From: Rickettsiales bacterium | Lineage (GTDB): Bacteria > Pseudomonadota > Alphaproteobacteria > Rickettsiales > JALZUV01 | Direction: 5' to 3' | Assembly: GCA_023301245.1 (NCBI GenBank) | Contig: JALZUV010000087.1 | Location: 1 to 33,146, forward strand | Length of the DNA stretch: 33,146 nucleotides | Shown: piece after piece, positions 9,499 to 18,986 of the stretch | Layout: each line of letters opens with the position of its first letter | How positions within the stretch are numbered: position 1 is the stretch's first letter | Translations under genes and position numbers: made by a program | The notes under the pieces: model-generated | Told to the model about the DNA's origin: nothing | Database searches by the model: none | What the model saw: only the letters and a program-made list of their open reading frames with translations

Positions 9499-10212
9499 GT
9501 GACCTCTTCCCAATACCACATCGGCGGCTACTACTGGTCAACGACATTTCACAAAACCTTGATACTACAAAAGATCGAAGGTACTGCATTCAAACTCAAA
9601 GATGCAGACGGAAAAGACTACCAAGAGTTAAACCCCAACACACTCATATGGGTAGAGAAGCCCATCCCAGACGGAAAACCCGAACCTGCACAGACGAGCA
9701 AGATAACTAGCGGGGAGCCAGACGTAAACGGACGCATGAAGCGCTCGGACTACGATAGTAAGCTGCACACCACCATGCGCGAAGACGCCATTATAGCCGA
9801 CAGTGCATTTACTGGCCTCGGCGTCGAGATTGAGTTTTCTTACTACGTCGGCTATAACTTCATGGTAGGTAAGCGGGAAGTGTCAGGCTTGCTACTGATG
9901 CACTCAGCCGCCGCATACCACAGACAGACAAACGCCGTGCTAGCCTTTCTTAAAACGGCTAGTAAAGAACAACCTAAAGTCACCTTCAAGCACTTTATGG
10001 AATTACCTGAACAGCAGATAATGGCTTACTTATCGCAAAGCTTACAAGCTCACTGTGTAAAATGTGTTGACTTAAACTTCGAAAAAGGGCAACTAACTAT
10101 CGAAGCACAAGATGCCTTTGCCAAAAAAGCGATGCAACGCGACACAGACGACTATTTAAAAAGCGCTGGAAGTCTACGCGACATCATAGAACAAGTCCTT
10201 AAAGGGACTTAA
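9499..10212 (+). CDS. Hypothetical protein
   Basis: GTG start, AGGAG RBS. Confidence 0.75.
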   Translation: MTSSQYHIGGYYWSTTFHKTLILQKIEGTAFKLKDADGKDYQELNPNTLIWVEKPIPDGKPEPAQTSKITSGEPDVNGRMKRSDYDSKLHTTMREDAIIADSAFTGLGVEIEFSYYVGYNFMVGKREVSGLLLMHSAAAYHRQTNAVLAFLKTASKEQPKVTFKHFMELPEQQIMAYLSQSLQAHCVKCVDLNFEKGQLTIEAQDAFAKKAMQRDTDDYLKSAGSLRDIIEQVLKGT

Positions 10213-10302
10213 AAGAGCACGTTGCTCCGTGCAAAGTCCCCTGCATCCAAACCTGTAAAGGAACAGAGGTGCGGGGGCACCCAACAAAGGTTGTAAACGT
10301 AC

Positions 10303-10647
10303 ATGGGAAAGTACCAAATAAAACTAGAAGATGGAACCCTAGTAGACATCCTGCCCTCTGCGATGAAAGTTCCTTGTATAGATTGCCCTTTCCATGATAA
10401 CGGACATATGGCGGCAAGCCTAGGCACAGCCCGAATGGCTGAGATCACCGAACACGCTACAGACGGCGGCTTCTTTCCTTGTCATAAATCCACGGGCGTA
10501 GATGGTAAGAAACTCGACGAGCGCATACCCAAGGAATTGCAATACAGACAATGCGCTGGCGCTATACGCGTAAAGGACGCGGCTGGCACAACTGGCGAAG
10601 ATTACATACGCAAACACCGAGACCCGAATTACGTTAGACCTACTTAG
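10303..10647 (+). CDS. Cys/His-rich putative metal-binding phage protein
   Basis: PCIDCPF...FPCHK...QCAGA pattern. Confidence 0.7.
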   Translation: MGKYQIKLEDGTLVDILPSAMKVPCIDCPFHDNGHMAASLGTARMAEITEHATDGGFFPCHKSTGVDGKKLDERIPKELQYRQCAGAIRVKDAAGTTGEDYIRKHRDPNYVRPT

Positions 10648-10769
10648 CAAACGTTTGCGAAGCGGATGACTACTCTAAACCTCTTGCACCCTTTACCTAA
10701 ATTTGCTTATATCTAATCAACGGGACAGCACACCGCATATCCCTAGCCAAAACTGCATAGGAGCAACAA

Positions 10770-11171
10770 ATGGCAGCAAAACGTAAACTCGTGAAAACGA
10801 AGACAAAAGAAAAAACAGCACCTAACAATGATGCGCCCGCAACTATCCGAAAGGCACCCCGTATCACTCACGATATGTCACCTTCGTATAGCGGCACCTC
10901 GTCAACAATCACGTCCCGCATGTCTAGGACGCCGATTGACTTCTCTCGGTTCAATACAATCGCCGATGCGAAATTGACGGCTCGTGACCGTTCCGCTATC
11001 AATGACCTTGCGTCAACTTACGGAAAGCGACAGTTCCAACGAGGCAACTTGGATACTGGTATCCTACGCCGACTTGGAGCGCGGGGCATTATTGCGCACG
11101 TCTCTGGGAGCGACGTTTCCCTAGAGACACGCTTCAAGCTTACCCCTCTGGGTATTCGGGAAGCTGCGTAG
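10770..11171 (+). CDS. Basic-tailed winged-helix-like protein; probable paralog of 26108-26701
   Basis: AGGAG RBS; upstream TTGCAC-17-TTATAT; LDTGILRRLGARGII...FKLTPLG. Confidence 0.7.
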   Translation: MAAKRKLVKTKTKEKTAPNNDAPATIRKAPRITHDMSPSYSGTSSTITSRMSRTPIDFSRFNTIADAKLTARDRSAINDLASTYGKRQFQRGNLDTGILRRLGARGIIAHVSGSDVSLETRFKLTPLGIREAA

Positions 11172-11200
11172 TTCCACCAACGCCCCCTGAGTGGAACAGG

Positions 11201-11230
11201 CCCCCAGCTTAACGGTTGGGGGTTTTTCTT
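11201..11230 (+). terminator. Rho-independent terminator
   Basis: CCCCCAGCT-taac-GGTTGGGGG followed by TTTTTCTT. Confidence 0.85.
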
Positions 11231-11253
11231 TGTCATAGGCACGTCTAAAATCA

Positions 11254-11282
11254 TTGCTAAGCCTTGTCGGATTTGCTACATT
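11254..11282 (+). promoter_or_regulatory. sigma70-like promoter with extended -10
   Basis: TTGCTA-17 nt-TACATT preceded by TGc. Confidence 0.55.
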
Positions 11283-11310
11283 AAATTATAACCACAGCGG
11301 AGCACACGCC

Positions 11311-11652
11311 ATGTCACGACCATTCACACTAAGACGCATGCCCAAACGTTTTCGGGATGCAGACTGCCCTGAGGGCGTACTCGATATCTTTGACGAGGGA
11401 CCAGACGGAAGCGCCGACCGATACACCGTCATATACACGAGAGTTATGGGCGATACCTTCTCTCGCTACGTAGGTTATCGCGGTATGTCCAGCCACCCGA
11501 CACACCCACAAGGTATAGGGATTTACGGGGAATTCAAAGTTCACGAATGTATGAACTACCGACGAGCCTGCGCAAAGAAACGCGTTAAATGGTCTGACCT
11601 ACCCAAAGACGTTAGAGCCGTTGTACTTCACGATTGCAAAGACGATGCGTAG
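11311..11652 (+). CDS. Hypothetical phage protein
   Basis: CGGAGCA RBS places the start at 11311; DRYTV...GMS..P.HPQG.G...W.DLP motif recalled from other phage ORFs. Confidence 0.75.
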   Translation: MSRPFTLRRMPKRFRDADCPEGVLDIFDEGPDGSADRYTVIYTRVMGDTFSRYVGYRGMSSHPTHPQGIGIYGEFKVHECMNYRRACAKKRVKWSDLPKDVRAVVLHDCKDDA

Positions 11653-11920
11653 GCAATCTATACGAGAAGCTAGGACACCTACGACAGGCGTACTAGCACC
11701 CTCCGTAATGCGTTTTGTTTTCGAGGGTAACGGTTACGAGTATGAAGCTTTCGGGGAAACAGCCTCTATGGCCATGGACACGCTAGGTGACAAGGTATTC
11801 AACCTAGGAAACTCGGGCGACCTTATGACAGCCACTGATGCCCACGGCAACAAGACTATATTCGAATTTCACGATATGGGCATAGATATATTCGAGGATG
11901 GGCATAGTTATGAAGCGTAG
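11645..11920 (+). CDS. Hypothetical protein, paralog of next gene
   Basis: Shares the LGDKVFNL domain; ATG at 11645. Confidence 0.7.
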   Translation: MRRQSIREARTPTTGVLAPSVMRFVFEGNGYEYEAFGETASMAMDTLGDKVFNLGNSGDLMTATDAHGNKTIFEFHDMGIDIFEDGHSYEA

Positions 11921-12377
11921 ACGCCGCCCCATAAGGAAGGTCAAGTATCACAACGACCCATCACGTATAGACGAGGCTAACCAGCTCCTATCGTGCTCAC
12001 AGCACCAAATGCCTGATTGCTCTTTGTGCAAGGCTATACGGGAACGTCGTACGCTAACGGGCGAGGAGTATTTAGCGCTAAGTGAGCTTGATACACTCTT
12101 CGTACCAGACAAACTAACCCCACCCCTGATAAAGTACACTTTCTCAGGCAGCGGTCTCACCTTTAAGGCTAAGGGCTTTACACCTATCCATGGTGCAGAG
12201 CGCTTAGGCGACAAGGTATTCAACCTCGCATGGACGGGGGAGACCTTTATATGCACGGACCCCGACCAAAACGAAATAGTATTGGAATTCCAAGCCAGCA
12301 ACTCCGTGGGGGATGACGATACCATAATCTACCACAGCCCGCCCAAAGAAAAAGAGAAAGACGACGAAGGATGGTAA
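11910..12377 (+). CDS. Hypothetical protein, paralog of previous gene
   Basis: LGDKVFNL domain plus N-terminal Cys cluster. Confidence 0.7.
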   Translation: MKRRRRPIRKVKYHNDPSRIDEANQLLSCSQHQMPDCSLCKAIRERRTLTGEEYLALSELDTLFVPDKLTPPLIKYTFSGSGLTFKAKGFTPIHGAERLGDKVFNLAWTGETFICTDPDQNEIVLEFQASNSVGDDDTIIYHSPPKEKEKDDEGW

Positions 12378-12631
12378 ATTTTGGCAACAAAGTAAAAGCA
12401 AGGGTAGCCGCCCGAAACGCGGGTCGCACAGAACGCAAACGTTTGCTAAAGTCTTTCCCTGACGGGGCCAAGCCACAGATCACAACCTTTCACGACGAAG
12501 CTGGAGCTATCCTTATTACATTGACTACCATAAAAGCCTTGGATAAGCATGTACGAGCTGCTACTATACAACAGCACCCGCGCACCAGATACGTTTACGA
12601 CGCAGCGGGTTTCATAGGAGCAACCACATGA
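12371..12631 (+). CDS. Hypothetical protein
   Basis: ORF tiling between neighbours. Confidence 0.65.
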   Translation: MVNFGNKVKARVAARNAGRTERKRLLKSFPDGAKPQITTFHDEAGAILITLTTIKALDKHVRAATIQQHPRTRYVYDAAGFIGATT

Positions 12632-13368
12632 CAGACTACGTTAAGAAAATACTTTATCGCGGGCATACCATTTGCCTCTACCAAGATACAGACCCCATAA
12701 ACCCCGTAGAAGATTACGACCAATTCGGGACTATGGTATGCTGGCACGGGCGCTACAGTTTAGGCCACGACCACACCTACGCAAACCCCGACGAGTTCTA
12801 CGCTGCACTTTATGATGACATGCCCTGTTCCAAGCCGCAGTGGTATGAAGAGCAAGGCGAAGACGGTGCGACACAGGAGCAATGGGACGCAATTAAAGCC
12901 AAAGTTCGAAAGGCTCACGTTATCCTACCCCTTTACCTTTATGACCACAGCGGCATCACTATGAGGACAACGGCCTTCTCTTGTAGCTGGGACAGCGGAC
13001 AGGTAGGCGAGGTTTACGTTACCCGTGAGGACGCCCTTAAGGAAAGCACAGGCACCTATCTCAGTAAAAGTGTCAGAGCGAATGCCGAGCGCATAATGAA
13101 AGCTGAGGTAGAAACCTACGACCACTACCTAACTAATACATGTTACGGCTATGAGGTGTTCCAAGGAGATCACATGTCTTCCGATGACGATGACCTAGAC
13201 AGCCTCGACGCGCTAGATAGTTGCGGCGGCTATCTAGGCGATTACGATAACAGCGGAGTGCAAGACCAAGCCAAATCTTTCATAGACGCACAGCACCGCC
13301 CCCCAAAGGCTAAGACAGCTTACAACTTCACCGCCGCAGACATTGACGCAATCGTAGCTTCCACGTAA
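12628..13368 (+). CDS. Conserved phage protein of unknown function
   Basis: LPLYLYDHSGITM...F...WDSGQVG motif; AGGAG RBS. Confidence 0.8.
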   Translation: MTDYVKKILYRGHTICLYQDTDPINPVEDYDQFGTMVCWHGRYSLGHDHTYANPDEFYAALYDDMPCSKPQWYEEQGEDGATQEQWDAIKAKVRKAHVILPLYLYDHSGITMRTTAFSCSWDSGQVGEVYVTREDALKESTGTYLSKSVRANAERIMKAEVETYDHYLTNTCYGYEVFQGDHMSSDDDDLDSLDALDSCGGYLGDYDNSGVQDQAKSFIDAQHRPPKAKTAYNFTAADIDAIVAST

Positions 13369-13376
13369 GATAGGTA

Positions 13377-13730
13377 ATGGACACCCAACCACCCAGACTG
13401 CATAGCCGTATGCTACGAGACGATTTAACGTTGGACGACGGCAAGTTGCAGCTCTGGGACGGTTGGGACAAACTAGTAGAGGCGGAATTCGACACACCCT
13501 TTACGCACGAAGATTGGATAGACAGGAATGCCTTAATCGTCAGGAAGCTTATCAAAATAATATACGAAGACTACATTGACAGAAAAACCCGCAGTGACTT
13601 GATTACATTGCTTAACCAGTACCACGCCGCATTTGAAAGGCCTTACCGATATGGAACCCCAGACCAGCATACTACCCTCAACAGTGCTAGGCCTCGTAAT
13701 GGATTACGGGACATTTATTACCTCATATAA
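13377..13730 (+). CDS. Hypothetical protein
   Basis: ORF with AGGT RBS. Confidence 0.65.
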   Translation: MDTQPPRLHSRMLRDDLTLDDGKLQLWDGWDKLVEAEFDTPFTHEDWIDRNALIVRKLIKIIYEDYIDRKTRSDLITLLNQYHAAFERPYRYGTPDQHTTLNSARPRNGLRDIYYLI

Positions 13731-13944
13731 GGTACGCAAGGATGGTGTTAAATACGTCATAGACAAGATGAAAGAGGGCAAGGTTATTGGCGTGCTAGGC
13801 GGAAGAGAACGCCATATACATACTCAACAGATACGCTTGCGGAATATTTTCGAGAGACATAACCCACCTACCCCCGCTAGCACCGCCACGGCCTACCTTG
13901 TGTACCCTTGCAACAAGATACAATTTAAACACTTGGGGTTTTAG
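13699..13944 (+). CDS. Hypothetical protein
   Basis: Fills the gap to the next promoter; start uncertain. Confidence 0.5.
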   Translation: MDYGTFITSYKVRKDGVKYVIDKMKEGKVIGVLGGRERHIHTQQIRLRNIFERHNPPTPASTATAYLVYPCNKIQFKHLGF

Positions 13945-13996
13945 CAAACGTTTGCTACCTTAAATAAACAACAACCACGCGGAGCAAACGCACATG
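13933..13996 (+). promoter_or_regulatory. Palindrome-containing promoter/RBS cassette
   Basis: TTGGGG-5-GCAAACGTTTGC-TACCTT...CGGAGCA..ATG. Confidence 0.7.
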
Positions 13997-14674
13997 AAAT
14001 ACGTACCCTTAGTCGCTAAACGTGACGGCATAGACAGCAGCCAACTAGGCTGGTCGCTCGCAAACGCGAGATCAAACTTCGAAGGATTTATGACTGCTTT
14101 CGGACCTACCACGGGTAGGCTACTCGCCCACGATATTATTGAGCACCAGAACGGCGCATGGGCGATAGGTACTGTTGCCGACGAGCTAGAAGCCATCGGA
14201 GCCATGTATTATGTGCGGGGCTACAACGGTCAACTACACAACCGACACCATACCTGCGAAGACACAATGGCCACGGACATACACTCTACCTTTGTTGATA
14301 GTATCCACTACGAAGAGTTGTATATGCCACGCATACACAGGACCTATTCTTGCGAAGACTTCGACCCCCAAATAGACGACGTATTCGACCGAGCACGGCC
14401 CCTGCTTAGGCACGAGATGGAGAATAACGAACACGTTGATATCCTGCGCATACAAAACTTCTTAGAGCGGACCCGCCACTATATGCGCCGAGGTTACCGT
14501 AAAGCGAGAAAGCGCTTCGCTAATGAAGGCCAAGCGGGGGATTACTTCTACCGTGTTAAAGACGCGGGGAACCGCCTAGGTAACCCAGACTACGAAGGTC
14601 AGCGGGCCTATATCGGATACACTCTGTACGAAAGTAGATGCCGCGTAATAGAGGAACCAGACTATGGCCTATAA
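13994..14674 (+). CDS. Hypothetical protein, possible metal-binding
   Basis: AHDIIEH...DELEAIGA; cassette RBS. Confidence 0.8.
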   Translation: MKYVPLVAKRDGIDSSQLGWSLANARSNFEGFMTAFGPTTGRLLAHDIIEHQNGAWAIGTVADELEAIGAMYYVRGYNGQLHNRHHTCEDTMATDIHSTFVDSIHYEELYMPRIHRTYSCEDFDPQIDDVFDRARPLLRHEMENNEHVDILRIQNFLERTRHYMRRGYRKARKRFANEGQAGDYFYRVKDAGNRLGNPDYEGQRAYIGYTLYESRCRVIEEPDYGL

Positions 14675-15032
14675 ACGTGTAATCCCACGGGACCTATTCA
14701 ACGAAGCCAAGCTACTAAAGTGCCTAGGCATGATAGCCCTTATTGCACACGAGAAGGGACTACCTAATTCGTGGACGTTAGAGCACAGGAACGGATGGGA
14801 AGCATTCACTATACAGCAGGACAACTCAGATGGTTCCCTATATTGTGGGAACGTTTTTCTGCGACATACCCCAACAGCTAAGACGTTGTTATTTAACACG
14901 CCGTTAAACTCTAGGGAACCTCACCCGCTCTATATCATTAGACAGAGCGACGACGAAGTTATTGAGGTTTTCGCTATGGATGGCACCCTATCCTCACAAT
15001 TCATCCTGCACTTAATGGGGGTCACAGCCTAA
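14664..15032 (+). CDS. Conserved phage hypothetical protein
   Basis: YKRVIPRDLFNEAKLLKC...TPLNSR.P.PL; GAGGA RBS. Confidence 0.8.
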   Translation: MAYKRVIPRDLFNEAKLLKCLGMIALIAHEKGLPNSWTLEHRNGWEAFTIQQDNSDGSLYCGNVFLRHTPTAKTLLFNTPLNSREPHPLYIIRQSDDEVIEVFAMDGTLSSQFILHLMGVTA

Positions 15033-15235
15033 TGGCCATACGCCGCCGCCTAACGGGTACGGGTGAGGTTACGGCTTACGCGGGTTCATCCCCCGTCCAA
15101 TCGTTTAAAAGTCTAGCGGAGGCTATACGTGTACTCTCGCCGCGCTATAACTGCTCTTTCCCCATGGTCACACTGCTGCTAAAGAACAAGCACGGAAAAA
15201 CGTTGCACACACTATCATGGACACCCTACTTCTGA
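15032..15235 (+). CDS. Small hypothetical protein (MAIRRR N-terminus)
   Basis: TAATG coupling. Confidence 0.65.
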   Translation: MAIRRRLTGTGEVTAYAGSSPVQSFKSLAEAIRVLSPRYNCSFPMVTLLLKNKHGKTLHTLSWTPYF

Positions 15236-15441
15236 TGCCCATACGCAAACGTTTCGGCGACACACACAAGTACACACTCTGGGAATGCGATAATGAAATA
15301 GGACCTTGCAACACCCAAGCCGAAGCGGCTGACATGGCGGTAGCAGACCACTCAAGGGCTGGCCGACCTTTTCAGATGCGGGACGCAAATGGGAATATAG
15401 CATGGGCCTTTGTTACGAAAACAATGGATAGACGAAAATGA
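15235..15441 (+). CDS. Small hypothetical protein (MPIRKR N-terminus)
   Basis: TGATG coupling places the start at 15235. Confidence 0.65.
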   Translation: MPIRKRFGDTHKYTLWECDNEIGPCNTQAEAADMAVADHSRAGRPFQMRDANGNIAWAFVTKTMDRRK

Positions 15442-15653
15442 TTGAAAAAGATATTGACGATAAAACAAATCAAGAATGCGTCTGCGACTATTGCAAAACA
15501 ATCCAAGGACAATTCAACGTATTTGACCGAGAAGACTTTTTAGACATGGTTGAGATACTAAAGTCTAAAGGCGTCCGCATACGTAGAATGCACGGCGTGT
15601 GGCATCACTGGTGCTCCCCCGAATGCGAACTGGGATGGTTACACGATAATTGA
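15438..15653 (+). CDS. Small Zn-finger-like protein
   Basis: CDYC...WCSPEC; ATGA overlap. Confidence 0.7.
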   Translation: MIEKDIDDKTNQECVCDYCKTIQGQFNVFDREDFLDMVEILKSKGVRIRRMHGVWHHWCSPECELGWLHDN

Positions 15654-15725
15654 TATATCGAAAGCGCTGGTAATCGCTGCAAACGTTTGCTACCTTAAAT
15701 AAACAATAACCACGGAGCAAAAGCT

Positions 15726-15959
15726 ATGACACCCGAACGCGCAAAACAACTTGCCGTACTCGCCCTGAGAGATAAAATCGTCGTCAATAAACGACAACTC
15801 GCCAAGATGCGAAAGTACCTGCCAGCCAACGCAGGACCCGACAACTTCGAAGTAGCCGCATACGCGGAACTACAATGTATTGTCGCGGAGCAAACAGCAG
15901 CAGCCAACCTACTAGGAAAAGGCAACACAATCCTGCTATACCCCAAAGAGAGCGCGTAA
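15726..15959 (+). CDS. Hypothetical protein
   Basis: Follows palindrome promoter at 15679 and CGGAGCA RBS. Confidence 0.75.
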   Translation: MTPERAKQLAVLALRDKIVVNKRQLAKMRKYLPANAGPDNFEVAAYAELQCIVAEQTAAANLLGKGNTILLYPKESA

Positions 15960-16247
15960 ATGGCCCGAGATAACGACGCACCAAACCCACATGTACCCTT
16001 ACGGGCCATACGAAACGCAACCCTTGTCACGGCCAAACGTATTCACGCAGACCACGGCTTTGTTAACTGCACGGCAATGATCGACGGTAAGCAAGTCGTC
16101 GGTCACACGATTTATAATTTCAACCAGCCCGAAGTCGCGGGTATTGGGTGTGCCGCACAACAGCGCCTCGACGAGATCGCAGCCAAGAGAGCCAGACAAT
16201 GCGCTGCGGCTATCACGGACGAGTTGAAGCTCGTCAACAAGTTTTAG
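15960..16247 (+). CDS. Hypothetical protein
   Basis: Abuts the upstream stop. Confidence 0.7.
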   Translation: MARDNDAPNPHVPLRAIRNATLVTAKRIHADHGFVNCTAMIDGKQVVGHTIYNFNQPEVAGIGCAAQQRLDEIAAKRARQCAAAITDELKLVNKF

Positions 16248-16249
16248 TC

Positions 16250-16402
16250 ATGGCATGGCCCATCGAAAAGAGCGGCGCGTTCATCGACGGTGAATACGTT
16301 TCCGCAGAAGAGCTAGAAGCAGCATCGGACTTTTACGAGCGCGTAGTTACACCTCTTGCTCGGGGCGAAGTACCCAAAGCATATAAGGACGAAAACAAAT
16401 GA
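16250..16402 (+). CDS. Small hypothetical protein
   Basis: MAWPIEKSG...; start re-assigned by tiling. Confidence 0.6.
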   Translation: MAWPIEKSGAFIDGEYVSAEELEAASDFYERVVTPLARGEVPKAYKDENK

Positions 16403-16881
16403 CTGTAATGAAAATGCAAGACTTCATGGAAACGCATATCTGGCCTTGCTGGATACACGGCAAGGAAGTGAAACGCGTAGAGACACCAATGCTGTTTCCC
16501 GTGGACAAGGTATACGATGTATTCTTCTTCGATGGCAAAGTAATAACCGTACCCCACGACCAACTCGTATCCCTAGAGGGTTGCCGACACAATCCCAAGC
16601 AAATATACGCGGGGGACGTAGATGGTTGTAAACGTATGGATACCCTGCCACCACTCGCAGTAGAAGACACGACACTTTTAACGGTTGTAAATCACGAGCA
16701 TGTATGCTTTGACCTACCTTATAAGAAGGACCAGAGTACGTTACAATTCTTGAAGGACAACACAGAAAGTATAGCCCCTCACTTATTGCGGTATGGTTGT
16801 ACTTTTCACATTCGGTTCCCTGACAGTCCAAAGCTCTTCCCCATCACATGGCACCCGCAAACGGGCTTCTCTCACCTATAG
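16399..16881 (+). CDS. Hypothetical protein
   Basis: ATGA overlap, AAGGA RBS. Confidence 0.75.
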   Translation: MTVMKMQDFMETHIWPCWIHGKEVKRVETPMLFPVDKVYDVFFFDGKVITVPHDQLVSLEGCRHNPKQIYAGDVDGCKRMDTLPPLAVEDTTLLTVVNHEHVCFDLPYKKDQSTLQFLKDNTESIAPHLLRYGCTFHIRFPDSPKLFPITWHPQTGFSHL

Positions 16882-16896
16882 GTACTAATTACACGC

Positions 16897-16961
16897 TGGA
16901 CCACTTCGCAAACGTTTGCTAAAAGCGGGTAACAACCACAACGCGGAGCAAACGCAATGAC
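16897..16961 (+). repeat. 65-bp exact direct repeat, copy 1 (promoter-operator-RBS-ATG)
   Basis: Identical to 20493-20557. Confidence 0.95.
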
Positions 16962-17184
16962 CGAATACACATTTCACGTATTTCTAAACGACCCAGATAG
17001 TAACGTGTGGGCGCAAGAAGTAACAGCCACACACAAAAAAGACGCTATACAAAAAGCCATTGAGACTTGCATAGCCGAGTGCCGAAGGAACGAAATAGGC
17101 TTCGAGGGTTACGATGGCCCCGACGACGTTAACGCCGACAACTTCGAAGAATTTAGCTGCATAAGAGGCGGGGAGCGAGTATAA
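16957..17184 (+). CDS. Small acidic hypothetical protein
   Basis: Cassette RBS. Confidence 0.75.
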   Translation: MTEYTFHVFLNDPDSNVWAQEVTATHKKDAIQKAIETCIAECRRNEIGFEGYDGPDDVNADNFEEFSCIRGGERV

Positions 17185-17696
17185 TGGATACGAAACTTTA
17201 CGAACCCCACAGAGACACCGACATTGAAATCGTGTCTAACGAAGACTTTAGGACAAGCGGACTGCGCTTTGCCAATACAGCTAAAGAGGGTGACATCATA
17301 CGCGCTTTCGACTTCCGACCTAGCGCAGACAGGTCAGACCAATGGGTGCAGGGGAAAGTATATCGGTATATCCGAAAGCATGGCGTCTTATTCTACGAGG
17401 TACAAATCTCCGACGCCAGCGAGATAAACCATCGCATAGGCCTAATGATACTCGTACCTGCGGGCCTCGCTTGTGGTGATTGGGAAACACGCATTACGCT
17501 GCAATCCACGGCACAGCCCTTGTTCACGCACCTATTCACTATCCCTTGTCCGTCTGCTATTGATATCGACCACATTGATATAATGCACAGCACAACGGCT
17601 AACACATTTGAGGCTATTTACTACGATAAGGACGGCAAGATAATGGACACTGCCTTACTTGACAATCTAGCCCGACTAGAACTACCTTTCGCCTAG
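17184..17696 (+). CDS. Hypothetical phage protein
   Basis: TAATG coupling; GDIIRAFDF.P...D..V.GKV segment. Confidence 0.75.
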   Translation: MDTKLYEPHRDTDIEIVSNEDFRTSGLRFANTAKEGDIIRAFDFRPSADRSDQWVQGKVYRYIRKHGVLFYEVQISDASEINHRIGLMILVPAGLACGDWETRITLQSTAQPLFTHLFTIPCPSAIDIDHIDIMHSTTANTFEAIYYDKDGKIMDTALLDNLARLELPFA

Positions 17697-17705
17697 GAGA
17701 CGATA

Positions 17706-17918
17706 ATGACTTACCAACATATAACCCCAGACCAGCACGAGCGTATCAACGCCATTGTAAAAAAGCACTTAAGGAAGCGTGATAGGTCCACACACGAGAT
17801 GCGTTATCAGGACTGCGAACGACTAGGTATGGATGCCGTCAATAAATACTGCCGAACGGAAGGTATACCAACCCTCGGCACACATATGGTAAACGCAGCA
17901 ATCGCGTTGGCAGGCTAG
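17706..17918 (+). CDS. Hypothetical protein
   Basis: AGGAG RBS. Confidence 0.7.
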   Translation: MTYQHITPDQHERINAIVKKHLRKRDRSTHEMRYQDCERLGMDAVNKYCRTEGIPTLGTHMVNAAIALAG

Positions 17919-17927
17919 GGGACGGCA

Positions 17928-18266
17928 ATGACTAAAGGATTAACAAGCGGACGCGGCAGCGAAGTAAACCGCGCTAAGATCGGTGGCACAACAACGCTAC
18001 TAGGCGACCCTACAAAGAAACGTGAGAAGCCATATACTATCCTACTATTTCCCGGAGGGCATGTAGAAGTAGCCCGCTGCGAAGACGGTAGCTACTGGGT
18101 CCACGTTGCGACCAAGGAAACCCCCGACTGCGCCACAGCCAAGATCACCAACGCCCGTGTAGACGCGGAAGGGCGGTACTGCGACGAGACAAATGGAGCA
18201 CTGCAAGCGGAGATAGACAAGGGCGGGGTCAACCATATCGCCTTCCTTGTATCCCCACCCAAGTAG
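17928..18266 (+). CDS. Hypothetical protein
   Basis: ORF with AGGGGA RBS; FPGGHVEVARCEDGSYWVHV. Confidence 0.75.
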   Translation: MTKGLTSGRGSEVNRAKIGGTTTLLGDPTKKREKPYTILLFPGGHVEVARCEDGSYWVHVATKETPDCATAKITNARVDAEGRYCDETNGALQAEIDKGGVNHIAFLVSPPK

Positions 18267-18309
18267 CGCCCGTTAACCATACTTCCTTACGGAACCTTAG
18301 TTACTATCC

Positions 18310-18355
18310 GTTAGCTTACACCTATCGGCGGAATTCACCGCCCATAGGAGCTAAC
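18310..18355 (+). promoter_or_regulatory. RBS-sequestering hairpin upstream of the cell-wall hydrolase
   Basis: GTTAGCT/AGCTAAC, CCTAT/ATAGG and GGCGG/CCGCC nested; SD AGGAG lies in the 3' arm. Confidence 0.75.
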
Positions 18356-18356
18356 C

Positions 18357-18911
18357 ATGTTAAACCGTTTTCACGTAACGGGCCTTGTATTCACGGGCCT
18401 TGCCGCAATCATCTCCCAGTTCTCGGGACCCGTAGAGTATATCCCACCACAAGGCGCGCGGCCTACGGAACAAAAAGATATAGCCACACAAAAAGCCGAA
18501 GAGTACGAACGGGTAAAGCAAATGGCTTGCCTATCCATGACTGTATGGGGCGAAGCGCGGGGCGAAAGCCTTCTAGGGCAACACGCCGTCGCAAGTGTCA
18601 TAGCGAACCGTATAGACGACCCACGCTTCCCTAACACGGCATGTGGCGTGGTACACCAGCCTAAGCAATTCTCAATGTGGAACGCGGGCGACCCTAATGG
18701 TCCAGCGGCCCTAACCGCCTTTAATTACAAAACAAGTCCCAGCGAGGATATACTTGAAGCTATACACGTATCTATGAAAGCCCTAAGCGGGGACCGTAAC
18801 CTCCCACGCACAAGTGTAAACTACCACAGCGCGGCAGTTAAACCCATCTGGCGTAAAGGACTAGATCACTATGAGCAAGTGGGCGCACATATCTTTTACG
18901 TCTACAAGTAA
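18357..18911 (+). CDS. SleB/CwlJ-family cell-wall hydrolase (Hydrolase_2) with N-terminal hydrophobic segment
   Basis: WGEARGE...GQ.AVA.VI.NR..DPRFPNT.CGVV.Q..QFS; YH...V.P.W; G.HIFY. Confidence 0.92.
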   Translation: MLNRFHVTGLVFTGLAAIISQFSGPVEYIPPQGARPTEQKDIATQKAEEYERVKQMACLSMTVWGEARGESLLGQHAVASVIANRIDDPRFPNTACGVVHQPKQFSMWNAGDPNGPAALTAFNYKTSPSEDILEAIHVSMKALSGDRNLPRTSVNYHSAAVKPIWRKGLDHYEQVGAHIFYVYK

Positions 18912-18986
18912 CACCTAAAACATTTGTGCCACTAGCAAACGTTTGCTAACTTAAATCATCAACCACAGCTTACACGGAGCAAAACG

